From: Methanobacteriota archaeon
GTDB lineage: Archaea; Halobacteriota; Bog-38; Methanoflorentales; Methanoflorentaceae
Reading direction: 5' to 3'
Assembly: GCA_963720465.1 (NCBI GenBank)
Contig: OY970393.1
Span: 2,176,001-2,240,000, forward strand
Length of the DNA stretch: 64,000 nt
How positions within the stretch are numbered: position 1 is the stretch's first letter; the number at the start of each line of letters is the position of its first letter. A program made the translations under genes and the position numbers. Below are positions 29,599 to 39,377 of the stretch, one piece after another. The notes under the pieces are model-generated. The model was not told where the DNA came from. It did not search any database and was given only the letters and a program-made list of their open reading frames with translations.

Positions 29599-30138
29599 GT
29601 GAACGACGTCACTCTCGATGATGGAACGATCATTGAGCTAAAAGTCGCCCACATTGACGATTACCAAAATGGCGGCTATGAGTACCTTTATTCGTGGCTG
29701 AGTAAAGTCGATCAGTTTCTAGCGAAGCGATACCGTGTTGCCGATCTAGTAAAGAACAAAGAACAGTGGCTAAGCCGACTCAACACCAATGAGATTACCT
29801 TGCTAGGCCTGCGCCAAGGTAAGATCATCGGTTCTGCGACGCTGATAATGAATGACCCACAGTCGAGAGCCGCCCACGTTGCTTCGTTCGGCGTCGCAGT
29901 CCATCCCGCTTTTCAACGAAAGGGCATCGGAAAATTGCTGATTTCCGGGCTTGAGCAGATCGCTCTGGATCGCGGCATTGAAAAGATAGAAGTGAACTGC
30001 TACGACGGAAATGCGGCAGCAGCATTGTATCGCTCCTTAAACTACGCTAGCGAGGGAAGAAGACTGAGGAAAGGGCGGCTAGACAACGGCACTTACGTCG
30101 ATGAACTACTGTTTTACAAGTTCATAAACCCTTTTTGA
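29599..30138 (+). CDS. GNAT-family N-acetyltransferase
   Basis: VAVHPAFQRKGIGK motif A, N.AAALYRSL.Y. Confidence 0.9.
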   Translation: MNDVTLDDGTIIELKVAHIDDYQNGGYEYLYSWLSKVDQFLAKRYRVADLVKNKEQWLSRLNTNEITLLGLRQGKIIGSATLIMNDPQSRAAHVASFGVAVHPAFQRKGIGKLLISGLEQIALDRGIEKIEVNCYDGNAAAALYRSLNYASEGRRLRKGRLDNGTYVDELLFYKFINPF

Positions 30139-30153
30139 TCGCTACAGCGACGC

Positions 30154-30774
30154 TTATCGCCTCTCTGATCGCGTAGCTTCTGCGCCCAGCACCACATAAA
30201 GTGTCTCAAAAAAGAACTTGCGCTCAGCAATGACTCTGACGATCCCGAACTGTGCGTGCATTAGCTCTGTCACTTCCTTGTAGCCGGTGATCGAAGAGAT
30301 CATCAAAAGCACCCTGCCCTTTTCGGTCAGGTACTTACCAACCTGTGAGAGGAACCGCACTATCACTTCCCTACCTGAGGGGCCCCCATCCCAAGCCCGA
30401 GTCTGCCAGTCACTTGATGTGTCACTTCGGCTAGGAAGGTACGGTGGATTAAAGATAATGAGGTCAAAGCGGCTGTCTAAATCGGAAAAAAGATCCCCCA
30501 CGATCGCCTCTACACCATTCAACTGCGCATTTGCGACGGCGCGCGGGTTTTTGTCAGTCGCGATCACGCACCGGGCGCGTTCTGCGACCATTTTGGCGAT
30601 GATCCCGCATCCTGTGCCAACCTCCAGGACCGAGTCAGTGGGACGCACCTCGTTTAATGCGGCGTCCACGAGCAGATACGTGTCGTCACACGGCTCATAA
30701 ACGTCCGGCAGCAGGAGCACTTGTTCGCTGAGGTAGTGCACTTTTTTGGTTCCCTTGGCGATTCCGGGCGTCAT
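30154..30774 (-). CDS. HemK2/MTQ2-family protein methyltransferase
   Basis: VYEPCDDTYLL, EVGTGCG, FNPPYLP, WDGG..GR, FFETL. Confidence 0.92.
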   Translation of the reverse strand: MTPGIAKGTKKVHYLSEQVLLLPDVYEPCDDTYLLVDAALNEVRPTDSVLEVGTGCGIIAKMVAERARCVIATDKNPRAVANAQLNGVEAIVGDLFSDLDSRFDLIIFNPPYLPSRSDTSSDWQTRAWDGGPSGREVIVRFLSQVGKYLTEKGRVLLMISSITGYKEVTELMHAQFGIVRVIAERKFFFETLYVVLGAEATRSERR

Positions 30775-30799
30775 AATTGCTCTCGCCTGGTGTATTCGA

Positions 30800-31615
30800 C
30801 TATTGCTCCTGCACTCTCCCATTTTGCACTTCGTGCAGCTCAAACGAGTCGTTCGACAGAGTTGCAATCTCTTCTGGGGAAAGTTCATAGGGCCGGCGGG
30901 CCAGGCAATGCTGAGGCATTTTGGCGATCAGCTGATCCATCGCTTGTACGTCAAGCAGCTGTGCGGTCACCGTGAGTGCAGCTTTAAGTGTTTTTCGTCT
31001 TTGCGTGAAGAGCGCGCGAACGAAGCGATGAAAGAACATATCGTTGAGTACGTAAAAACGCGGTTTAGTTGGGACCAGTCTAACAATCACAGAATCAACT
31101 GCAGGGCGCGGATTAAATGCTGTGTTCGGGACACGCGCTAACACTTTGACTTTTGATTTGTAGCTGAGGCAGACCGTCAGACGGCTATAGTCCTTCGTGC
31201 CTGGCGCTGCGACCATCCGCTGCGCGAACTCTTTTTGATACATCAGCACGCCGCACGTGAAAGGATGCTTTAGCAACTTGAACGTGACTTCTGACGATAT
31301 CTGATACGGCAGGTTAGAGACTGTCTTGTCAAACGGGGGAAACTCAACCCTAAGGGCATCTCCGTGCAGCACGTCGATGCCTGGTATCGAACAGAGTTTC
31401 TGTGCCAGCTGCCAATCCGCCTCAACTACAACCAGCCTATAACATAACTGCGCGAGTTTTCGTGTGAGGTTCCCGGTACCTCCGCCAATCTCTAAAACCG
31501 TTTCGGTTGGCGTTATATCCGCATAGCTGACGATCTTCTCGATAATGTAATCATCTATTAAGAAGTGCTGACCCCATTTCGCTTTATGGTAGCTGCGGTC
31601 GATTCCACGGGGCAT
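30800..31615 (-). CDS. rsmA: 16S rRNA dimethyladenosine transferase
   Basis: GQHFL, EIGGGTG, NLPYQISS, QKEFAQR, FTQRRK. Confidence 0.96.
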   Translation of the reverse strand: MPRGIDRSYHKAKWGQHFLIDDYIIEKIVSYADITPTETVLEIGGGTGNLTRKLAQLCYRLVVVEADWQLAQKLCSIPGIDVLHGDALRVEFPPFDKTVSNLPYQISSEVTFKLLKHPFTCGVLMYQKEFAQRMVAAPGTKDYSRLTVCLSYKSKVKVLARVPNTAFNPRPAVDSVIVRLVPTKPRFYVLNDMFFHRFVRALFTQRRKTLKAALTVTAQLLDVQAMDQLIAKMPQHCLARRPYELSPEEIATLSNDSFELHEVQNGRVQEQ

Positions 31616-31642
31616 TGAACGCTTTGGGTGTCGGGTCAGTCG

Positions 31643-32221
31643 CTATTTCGCGAAAAACTTGTACTTAGCGTGCTCATCTTTGAGCTCATCTTCGATTCTT
31701 TTCGCGATTACTTTTTCCGGGTGGTACAAGCCCTTCACTCTGTTTGAAATATCGGCGAAACTATCGAAAGGCCGTTTCTTGCGTTCCGCAAGAATCTCCC
31801 ACATGAGCTTTTTGCCCACACCTGGGAGCAGCGCTAGGGTATGCAGGCGGGTCGTAATCGGCAGTGCCTCATTGAAGAAGCTCACAAACCTGGGCTCCTG
31901 CTCTTTAACTATTATTTCAAGAGCGTAAGGCAACTCAACCTTTGCACCGTGCGTAAGTTCCTTGTAGCTCACGCGCCTTTTAACGTGATCGATTTCGCTC
32001 CGTTCCTCCTCCCCAATATAGAGGCGGTCATAGGCCTGCGGAACATAGTTCTCGCGTGGTATGAGTTCGAGCAGGGTAAAATTATCCTCGCCTACCACAT
32101 GGATGATAGGCCTCTTCTTGTAAACGGGGCGAGGATCGTCAGGGTGGCCATGTGGCAGATAGTCTAATACGCGGACATATTGCTCTCTCTCGCCTCTCAT
32201 TTGGATCGCCCCAGGCCTCAA
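31643..32221 (-). CDS. DUF655 RNA-binding protein
   Basis: VLDYL, FTLLEL, RLH.L.LLPGVGKK; conserved position after rpoF. Confidence 0.92.
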   Translation of the reverse strand: MRPGAIQMRGEREQYVRVLDYLPHGHPDDPRPVYKKRPIIHVVGEDNFTLLELIPRENYVPQAYDRLYIGEEERSEIDHVKRRVSYKELTHGAKVELPYALEIIVKEQEPRFVSFFNEALPITTRLHTLALLPGVGKKLMWEILAERKKRPFDSFADISNRVKGLYHPEKVIAKRIEDELKDEHAKYKFFAK

Positions 32222-32562
32222 TAAAAGCGTGTTACTATGTCAAGTATTTCGTCGAGTTCCCCTTCTGTCAGCGAAAACCGTTCTTTTGCGTAGATGGATC
32301 GCACCTCATCCTTGGACAACGGTAGTATGTCAGCGATTCTGATCGCGATCTCATCTTTCATCTTTTCGAGGTTCTTTAGCTCGTTGACGAGCTGCCTGGC
32401 TTGCGATCCAGTAAGTTTTGAAAAGGTATTGACGTGGTCGAAGGCCCGTCTGAACTCGTAGGTGAACTCTTCTTCGGAACGAGGCGTTGTCAGCTCAACG
32501 AAGATCTCTTTTACCTCAGAAAGCGTGAGCCTCTCCTCTGCCAATACGGTCTTTACTATCAT
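32218..32562 (-). CDS. rpoF: RNA polymerase subunit F (Rpo4)
   Basis: IADILP...[10 protein letters not shown]; conserved operon with rpl21e. Confidence 0.95.
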   Translation of the reverse strand: MIVKTVLAEERLTLSEVKEIFVELTTPRSEEEFTYEFRRAFDHVNTFSKLTGSQARQLVNELKNLEKMKDEIAIRIADILPLSKDEVRSIYAKERFSLTEGELDEILDIVTRFY

Positions 32563-32858
32563 TGCGCCTGCTTCTGTGCTTTCAGATGCTGCGGGCGTGC
32601 TATTACCGTCTTTATCGCGTTGCCGTCCGTTACTTCCACCACGTATGCATGGCCGCGTTGCCCGAGCACTGTTCCGGTCCTGCCATGGAACTTTGGATTC
32701 GGCATGCCCTTGTGGACGCTTGCGTCTAGATCGATATGGACTTTCTGGCCTGCTTCAAAACTCCTAATTGCATGACTTACCGGAGCAATGCCTCGTTCCC
32801 TGATGGTTTTTTTCAGCTTGTACCGCGTCTTCCTCCGCTCACCGTGTGATCTTGGCAT
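32559..32858 (-). CDS. rpl21e: 50S ribosomal protein L21e
   Basis: SHG.RRKTR, KGMP..FHGRTG, RPQHL. Confidence 0.97.
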   Translation of the reverse strand: MPRSHGERRKTRYKLKKTIRERGIAPVSHAIRSFEAGQKVHIDLDASVHKGMPNPKFHGRTGTVLGQRGHAYVVEVTDGNAIKTVIARPQHLKAQKQAQ

Positions 32859-34069
32859 TAGAGACCTCCGCCAACTTGTAGTACATCAAGTTCTTCAACT
32901 TTTGCATTTACGCCCAGAAGACCGGAAAGGCTCGGGGTGGTTCTGTCACTGTCTCCAGATATTAACTCCTTTACGTAGAGTCCACCCTCACACCGAATTA
33001 TTATCTCATCACCCTCCAGCTCGGCCGAATATACTTTCTTGCGTCGCTTCAAGTCTGCACGGCGATGCACTACTCGTTGAGGGGTTGTTTGCTCTATGTC
33101 GCCTTCAAGTCGCTTGAGCGCTTCTTTTACCTTTTCCTTACGAATTGGATGTTCGTATATTACTCTAAGCCTATAAACTTTATCCAACGGGGTGTTTTTC
33201 ACGTTTACGACCGCTTCGTGGTCAGCGAACACTAAATGACTTACCGCGATTTTTTTTTGCGAAGCGTTTATCACCTGTTCTAGTTCCTGAAGGTCGACTT
33301 TTCTTTTGTGAGGAGATTTTATCTCGAGAACAAAAGGTCTGCCGTTTCCAAGCATGCGCGCGTCGATATCCTCCCTGCCAGCGCCGTGAAATATTGCGTC
33401 TTGGCCACGGCTTGCGCTAAGTGCGTGGGCCCCTATCAGTTCCTGAACGGATTCGGGATACATTTTCCCAGTTAAGTTGCATCTTGCGCAGCCTTTTCCG
33501 CTGCACTCGCGACACGGCCATTTCGTCTGCGGCAAACCCCTAACGAACTTCATGTATCGGCCGGATAAAAAAAGCGGGTTCGCGTGAATCTCAACCTTAT
33601 CTCTGGCCAAATCGACTATGAGCAAGATGTCTGGCCTGCTAAATTCTGCCTGTTTCCCGGTAAGAAGCTCGATACGCTTGCCTAATTCTCTGTTTAAAGC
33701 TGATTTGAGCGGCTCGGCTGTCGTCGTTTTAGACTCAGCCCACAGTATTTCTTCATTCTCAGCGAGTCTGCCAGTCAGTTTAGTGCCAACTAGAAAATTC
33801 GCGAACTCGTAGTCATGGAGCTGTTCGAGACACCGTTCAACCAAAGAATCGAGATTATTGAACAGACCTCCGCAAACCCAGCACGTGCCATAAGCATCTT
33901 CCCATTCGGAGATGTTCGCTGGTGTGTTGTCAAGCATTGTTTTGACAATTCGGATCGCCTGTCCTCGCTGTTTGTTGGTGAGGTTCGTAGAACATTTTGC
34001 AAATTGACGCCCAAGACAATCGTCGCAAATAGGTCCTTCGCTCAATATTGAGGTCACTATTTCAAACAT
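32858..34069 (-). CDS. pus10: tRNA pseudouridine(54/55) synthase Pus10
   Basis: [44 protein letters not shown]. Confidence 0.96.
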   Translation of the reverse strand: MFEIVTSILSEGPICDDCLGRQFAKCSTNLTNKQRGQAIRIVKTMLDNTPANISEWEDAYGTCWVCGGLFNNLDSLVERCLEQLHDYEFANFLVGTKLTGRLAENEEILWAESKTTTAEPLKSALNRELGKRIELLTGKQAEFSRPDILLIVDLARDKVEIHANPLFLSGRYMKFVRGLPQTKWPCRECSGKGCARCNLTGKMYPESVQELIGAHALSASRGQDAIFHGAGREDIDARMLGNGRPFVLEIKSPHKRKVDLQELEQVINASQKKIAVSHLVFADHEAVVNVKNTPLDKVYRLRVIYEHPIRKEKVKEALKRLEGDIEQTTPQRVVHRRADLKRRKKVYSAELEGDEIIIRCEGGLYVKELISGDSDRTTPSLSGLLGVNAKVEELDVLQVGGGL

Positions 34070-34432
34070 CGTCTGTCCTCGCTGTTCTTTGTTACTCAGT
34101 GATTGTGTTGAGCTTAGCCGGCCCGCTTATCGTCTTTCCTGACTCAGCAGAGCATCTTCGTCTCCAAATAGTCGAAGATCGCCCCATTACGAAGGTGACG
34201 CCGTGAGCGTGGAGCCCGGCGCTCCACGTGTCTGGGTCGGGTTCTTACAACCCACAATCGATGCCCCGGCATTACGGCGAGCGCAAAATGGCGCGAGAAA
34301 TCCAACGTTCACGCATTGCCAGAGTACATCGATTCTGGCTGCACATCGAGGCGCCTGGTGAAGCGAAAAATCTCCTAAAGCGGCGAGCTTGTACCTTACG
34401 GCTGTGTGCCTCAAGGCCGTCTCTAGATCGTC

Positions 34433-35056
34433 TCAACCCGGTACTTTTTCGGTGAATGCGAGAGTACCCGAGATCTTCTTGACTCGTACCTTTACGGTGT
34501 CTCCTTTGTGCGCACCCGGAACGAACAGCGAGTATTTGCCGACCTTGGCAATCCCGTCTCCTCGCTTCCCGACGGCTTCGATCCGTACGTCGTAGACGCT
34601 CCCCTCTTCAAGCGCACTGGCCGCACTTTCCTTCTTCACGTATCGTTTCCGTATAGGCCTGTGAGCGCCGCACGCGTCACACTTTAGCATTACCGTTCTT
34701 TCACTCTTCGTTAGATGTGTGTCTGGTCTATTGCATTCTGAGCAAATTACGTACTCGGCAACATAATCCTCGATGAGGCTGGCTATCATCTCTTGCGAAA
34801 ATCTGCCCTGAAAAATGACCCTCCCCCCGTCCGGCTTGCCTGCAGTCCCGAGTTCTCGTAACAGAAATTTGAGCACGTGCTCAGGATTTCTATTTAACAC
34901 GTCGCTGATTTCGCCGAAATTCTCAAAAACAGTCATTCTTCCTTCGACAAACACCCGGGGTACAGGTATCGAAAAACGTTCCGCAGCTATCGTTGTCTGA
35001 GGCAAGTTTTTGATGCCGCGATTCAAGTAGTTTTCATAACTGTCCGTACTATGCAC
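34433..35056 (-). CDS. eif2b: Translation initiation factor 2 beta subunit with C-terminal TRAM domain
   Basis: RELGT, CSECNRPDT, CDACGA Zn ribbon; GDGIAK TRAM domain. Confidence 0.95.
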   Translation of the reverse strand: MHSTDSYENYLNRGIKNLPQTTIAAERFSIPVPRVFVEGRMTVFENFGEISDVLNRNPEHVLKFLLRELGTAGKPDGGRVIFQGRFSQEMIASLIEDYVAEYVICSECNRPDTHLTKSERTVMLKCDACGAHRPIRKRYVKKESAASALEEGSVYDVRIEAVGKRGDGIAKVGKYSLFVPGAHKGDTVKVRVKKISGTLAFTEKVPG

Positions 35057-35100
35057 CTTCTTTGACTATCACAATTTGCAGAGGTCCCGGTAGCCGGGCG

Positions 35101-35622
35101 TCACGCTTTGATGAGCTCAAACCCCTCGTCTATGACAATTCTGCACGGCGGCGGCACTTTCATTGAAGCCCTACGCAGCGCTTCTTTGGCTTTTAAAAAG
35201 TTAGGAGGATTTACAAACACGGTAAACACTTTTTGGTCAGAGGCTACGCGGGCGGCGGTTCCTACTGGCTTTCCAAATGCCCTCCTCATCCCATCCTGAA
35301 CTCGATCAGCCCCAGCGCCGGTGGCCATCTTGTTCTCTCGCAGCACTTGGTGTGGATAGACGCGGAGCTTCAGCCTGAAATTAAGCCTACCTGTCGATTT
35401 CATCAGGTACCGGTTCGCTGCGATCCTGGCGGCTTCCAGCGCAGTATGTCGTATTTGGCACGGTTCATCAACGCTGAGTGAAACTGCAACCTTGAAATCG
35501 CCACTTAGGTTGCCGGTATCGAACTGTGAAATCTTACTTCCAGGGACCCCCCCCATATAATACTTCCTGGTGTAGGCGGGTCCGGTAATCTTTCTATACA
35601 TCTTAGCTGGTTTGCGTGCCAT
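35101..35622 (-). CDS. rpl10e: 50S ribosomal protein L10e/uL16
   Basis: [29 protein letters not shown]. Confidence 0.97.
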   Translation of the reverse strand: MARKPAKMYRKITGPAYTRKYYMGGVPGSKISQFDTGNLSGDFKVAVSLSVDEPCQIRHTALEAARIAANRYLMKSTGRLNFRLKLRVYPHQVLRENKMATGAGADRVQDGMRRAFGKPVGTAARVASDQKVFTVFVNPPNFLKAKEALRRASMKVPPPCRIVIDEGFELIKA

Positions 35623-35753
35623 TTTATCCTCGTTATTGAACTGTAACTAGCATTCACGTGATTCGTTAAAAAGTTTTGCCGGTTTGGAATCACACGCGGC
35701 GAGAAGATAAAGCTGAAGACCGTGATCTGTTTGCTCTAATGATTCTCACGCAA

Positions 35754-36380
35754 TTAAGCCAAGCGTGCAATGATTGCTGCGTGCGCCTTATAAAACGGTT
35801 CGAGCTCGTAGACGTACTCAATGTCGAATAGCTCTTCTAATTTCTTGACTTCTCTTTTATAGACTGTTTTGGGTTCCTCAGTAACATCTATGCTTCGCGC
35901 TTTAATTATAATGCAAGCGTAGCCGCGTGGTTTTAAGAACAACTCGGCGTTTTTAACAGCGATTTCAGCTTGTCTCGGCTGTGCGATGTCCTGGTACAGC
36001 AGATCAACAAGTTCGACAACAGGTCCATAGTCAGGGTGCGCAGCGTCTGAAATCAGGGGGACGATATTCGTCACGCGCTCTGACAAACGAACGAGGTCCC
36101 TTGCTACGCGTGGCGCAAACTCTACGGCGTACACGAGTGAAACAATGTTGGCTAGGTGCGAGACAGTCGTTCCAGACGCGGCCCCTAAGTAGAGCACAAT
36201 CTGCTCAGGCGCCAGAGGCACTTGCGCCTGCTTCGTCAATAATGCTGCCAGCTTACTCCTTCGCGGATTCCAAAGCCGGTACCCGTCGAATGTCCTCTCC
36301 CCGTACAGGGCTTCGCCTTTCGTGGCTAACTGCCTATCTAGTAAAAAAACTCCAGGGACCTTATGGTATCTTATCTTCAT
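35754..36380 (-). CDS. flpA: Fibrillarin rRNA/tRNA 2'-O-methyltransferase
   Basis: YRLWNPRRSKLAA, VLYLGAASGTTVSH, YQDIAQ, IKARSID. Confidence 0.96.
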   Translation of the reverse strand: MKIRYHKVPGVFLLDRQLATKGEALYGERTFDGYRLWNPRRSKLAALLTKQAQVPLAPEQIVLYLGAASGTTVSHLANIVSLVYAVEFAPRVARDLVRLSERVTNIVPLISDAAHPDYGPVVELVDLLYQDIAQPRQAEIAVKNAELFLKPRGYACIIIKARSIDVTEEPKTVYKREVKKLEELFDIEYVYELEPFYKAHAAIIARLA

Positions 36381-37266
36381 GTTGTTCGGGGTTGCGCTCT
36401 GCGGTCTGCAGTTCGCCAACTCGTTTTTCCACTTGGCTTAATAATTCAGGATAGACCTTTTTTGAATAGAAGTCTAAACGAGCCGCAATGGCTATTTTTG
36501 CGGCTAAGATTCTTGCAATCTTTCCTCTGTTGTTCGGGTGACTGCCGCGAACGAGCGGATGTTGAAAAATAACTCCGTGCTTGGGCGGTTTTGTGCCGTA
36601 CTTTATATGCCTGAATAGCGCCTTGGAAGCGCCTATTACCTGAATCCTGCTAGCCGGCATTCTTGCGAGTGGCCCTAAGCCACCTGCTCGAGCGATTAAT
36701 CGCGCCCCGAGCAATTCACCAGCGAGCGTGGAAAGATTGGGGGCGGTGGTGCGCATTTCAAGCTCGATGGCGCTTGCTATCTCCTGTCTCAATTCGCAAA
36801 GTTGGCGTATGGAACCGGCAAATTCCTGCGCCAGCGGTGACTGTGCGGAAGGTGAGGAGGCAAAAGCTTCCAGTAGGTCCTCTGGCATAGACGTCTCCGA
36901 CGTCAGCAAACACCACTCCGAAAGCCGTTCAGAGAGCAAGTTTATCGATTCATCAATGTCGTCGATACCATCAATTAGTTGGATGATGCGTGCGTCGGGC
37001 TGCGCAAACGCTGCGACTATCCGTTGCTTCGCGCGTTGTATCATAACAGCGCGAAGTAGTGAAACGTATTCGCGCTCGGAGCTGACAACTTGAAGTTTGA
37101 TCGCGATCTCCCTGAGACGACCTCTACATTCTTTATCGAAATCGGTAAAGTCCTCTTGCTGTAAGCGCTGTGCCATGGCGTCGATGTCTGCCTTCAAGAC
37201 CTGCGAGCGGGCGATCTCGTCGTTGTGCAGTTCAATATCTCCAAACCAAGTTTTGATATGTGCCAT
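36361..37266 (-). CDS. nop5: C/D box sRNP protein Nop5
   Basis: APNL..LAG, PASRIQVIGASKALF, PKHGVIFQHP, RGKIAR. Confidence 0.95.
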   Translation of the reverse strand: MAHIKTWFGDIELHNDEIARSQVLKADIDAMAQRLQQEDFTDFDKECRGRLREIAIKLQVVSSEREYVSLLRAVMIQRAKQRIVAAFAQPDARIIQLIDGIDDIDESINLLSERLSEWCLLTSETSMPEDLLEAFASSPSAQSPLAQEFAGSIRQLCELRQEIASAIELEMRTTAPNLSTLAGELLGARLIARAGGLGPLARMPASRIQVIGASKALFRHIKYGTKPPKHGVIFQHPLVRGSHPNNRGKIARILAAKIAIAARLDFYSKKVYPELLSQVEKRVGELQTAERNPEQHEDKIP

Positions 37267-37387
37267 AGCTCATTTTGTCGTCAGTTGCGCCAGTCTTCGC
37301 AACGGATGCGATGACGCCTATTCAGATTGATAGACGGCTCTATATATCTTGGGGCAAATTTATAGTTTGTCGGCTGGAAGTGATGAA

Positions 37388-38287
37388 TTGGACGTCCGCA
37401 TCGGCAAACTGACGTTTAGTAACCCCACGATGCTCGCCGCAGGGATTATGGGATCTGCTGCATCTTCTCTAAGGCGTATCATGACGTGCGGTGCAGGAGG
37501 CGTAGTGACAAAGTCAGTAGGTCTCACGCCTCGCGAAGGTCATCCCGGGCCCGTCCTCGTTGAGACCTCATCTGGATTTCTTAACGCGCTTGGGTTACCC
37601 AACGCGGGACTCGCGTTTACTGCCGAACTTGAGCAGCTGATTGCCGAAGCCGAACGAAAACCACTAATCGTCAGTATATTTGGCGCCAACGCAGACGAAT
37701 TCGCTGAGCTAGCCACAACGTTTTGCCGGTTCGCTGACGCCCTTGAGCTTAACCTAAGCTGCCCTCACGCCCGGGGGTATGGAATCGAAGTTGGCTCAGA
37801 GCCGGCACTGGTCCAGTCTATTACGCGCTCTGTGAAAAAACAGGTCAAACTTCCTGTATGGGTCAAACTCACTCCTAACGTAACTGATATCACGGAAATA
37901 GGGCACGCAGCAGAAAAAGGTGGGGCTGACGCTGTAGTGGCGATAAACACCGTCAAGGGAATGGCGATCGATGTGGAAAGCGGAAGGCCCGTCTTGGGTA
38001 ACGTGTTTGGCGGACTCTCAGGCGGTGCGATAAGGCCCGTCGCGGTTAAATGTGTTTACGATCTCTACGAAGCCCTTAGCATCCCTGTTGTCGGGGTCGG
38101 CGGGGTCGGCAGTTACGAGGACGCCTTGGAGCTCATTATGGCAGGAGCGAAGGCCATTCAAATCGGGTCGGCCGTGGCCGGGGATCTATCGATCTTTAAG
38201 CGTGTGGCGGACGGAATCGACCGCTACCTTGCCAGGAAAGGCATAACACTTGAAGATGCGGTCGGAAGTGCACACGAGAGTCATTGA
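37388..38287 (+). CDS. pyrD: Dihydroorotate dehydrogenase (family 1B catalytic subunit)
   Basis: VTKS, LNLSCPH, VKLTPN, AINT, GGLSG.AI; start uncertain (TTG 37388 or earlier). Confidence 0.95.
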   Translation: MDVRIGKLTFSNPTMLAAGIMGSAASSLRRIMTCGAGGVVTKSVGLTPREGHPGPVLVETSSGFLNALGLPNAGLAFTAELEQLIAEAERKPLIVSIFGANADEFAELATTFCRFADALELNLSCPHARGYGIEVGSEPALVQSITRSVKKQVKLPVWVKLTPNVTDITEIGHAAEKGGADAVVAINTVKGMAIDVESGRPVLGNVFGGLSGGAIRPVAVKCVYDLYEALSIPVVGVGGVGSYEDALELIMAGAKAIQIGSAVAGDLSIFKRVADGIDRYLARKGITLEDAVGSAHESH

Positions 38288-38288
38288 A

Positions 38289-39236
38289 ATGGATCTGAAG
38301 AAGCTGCTTAGCGCGACGAGTGTGCTGCTCGTAGACGACACGTACGCGGGCCTAAGGGATACTACCTTCTCGAAGTTTCTTCTTCGAGAGATGCTCGATT
38401 CACCGATAGACGCGATCGCTTCGTTCATTTGTGAAGGTCAAATACGCGGAATTGTCTTCAAGCAGGATTTTTGGACGTTAGTCACCGACATAGTCCGGTT
38501 TGATCCAGAGTTCGATAGCTATGCCAGAGCGCTATATCAGGGGGCCAAATCCGACAATAAGCGATCGTTTGTGATCGAGGCAGCCGATTTTCACGCGGCG
38601 GTATGCGTACTTTTGTGCGACCTGCTAGTGAGTGGTGAATCCTGTGAATGTTACGGCGGCAGACGAGCTCACGTGCTAGCATACTCGCCTGAGCGTCAGG
38701 AGCGCTTACAGCTGCTTTTTAAGACTAAAATAGACCTATTATACGATTTCAACGCGGAAGAGATGCTGGAGGTATGCTGTGGCAACGGCATGGCCACCGC
38801 TGCGCTCCGCGAGCTTGGATATAACGTGTATGCAATAGATAACGATAAATGCGCAGTTTGTGAGGGGTTATTCTACGGCGCTCTTACCAAAGAAAACACG
38901 CTGGTGATGGACGCCCGTTGCCTAGCGGAATACGAACTCGCCAAGTACCACGAGTTCAGGTGCGTCGTTGGTTTTATGCTCGGGTCCATTTATGAGTTCA
39001 ACAAACCTGATTGGCGGAAGATATTATCAGAGGCTGCCACGGTCATTAGTGAGGGGCTTTTGTTGTTTACTGTGCACAAAAAAGAAGAGGTTGATTTCAT
39101 TTACAAAACGATGCTAGACTTTGGCATCGAAGGCGAACTTATTGACAACCGGGACGATACCAGCATTTACGACCAGTGGGTCTACATCGGCCTCAAGCGA
39201 GCGAGCGCCTGTGCACCTTCAAATTCCGAGGAGTGA
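38289..39236 (+). CDS. Hypothetical protein with a class I SAM-binding motif
   Basis: LEVCCGNGMAT motif I; directly follows pyrD. Confidence 0.75.
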   Translation: MDLKKLLSATSVLLVDDTYAGLRDTTFSKFLLREMLDSPIDAIASFICEGQIRGIVFKQDFWTLVTDIVRFDPEFDSYARALYQGAKSDNKRSFVIEAADFHAAVCVLLCDLLVSGESCECYGGRRAHVLAYSPERQERLQLLFKTKIDLLYDFNAEEMLEVCCGNGMATAALRELGYNVYAIDNDKCAVCEGLFYGALTKENTLVMDARCLAEYELAKYHEFRCVVGFMLGSIYEFNKPDWRKILSEAATVISEGLLLFTVHKKEEVDFIYKTMLDFGIEGELIDNRDDTSIYDQWVYIGLKRASACAPSNSEE

Positions 39237-39377
39237 GCACTTGCGGCTCGCTGCTGAGGGCATCACTTCAACAGTCTTCATTGCTGTCTTGCTTTGGTTT
39301 CTCTCTTAATTGCTTTCGGATTACGTGCGTCGCTGTTAAAGAGAACGTCATGGACTCGCAAGGGGGCGGAGCGCCGA

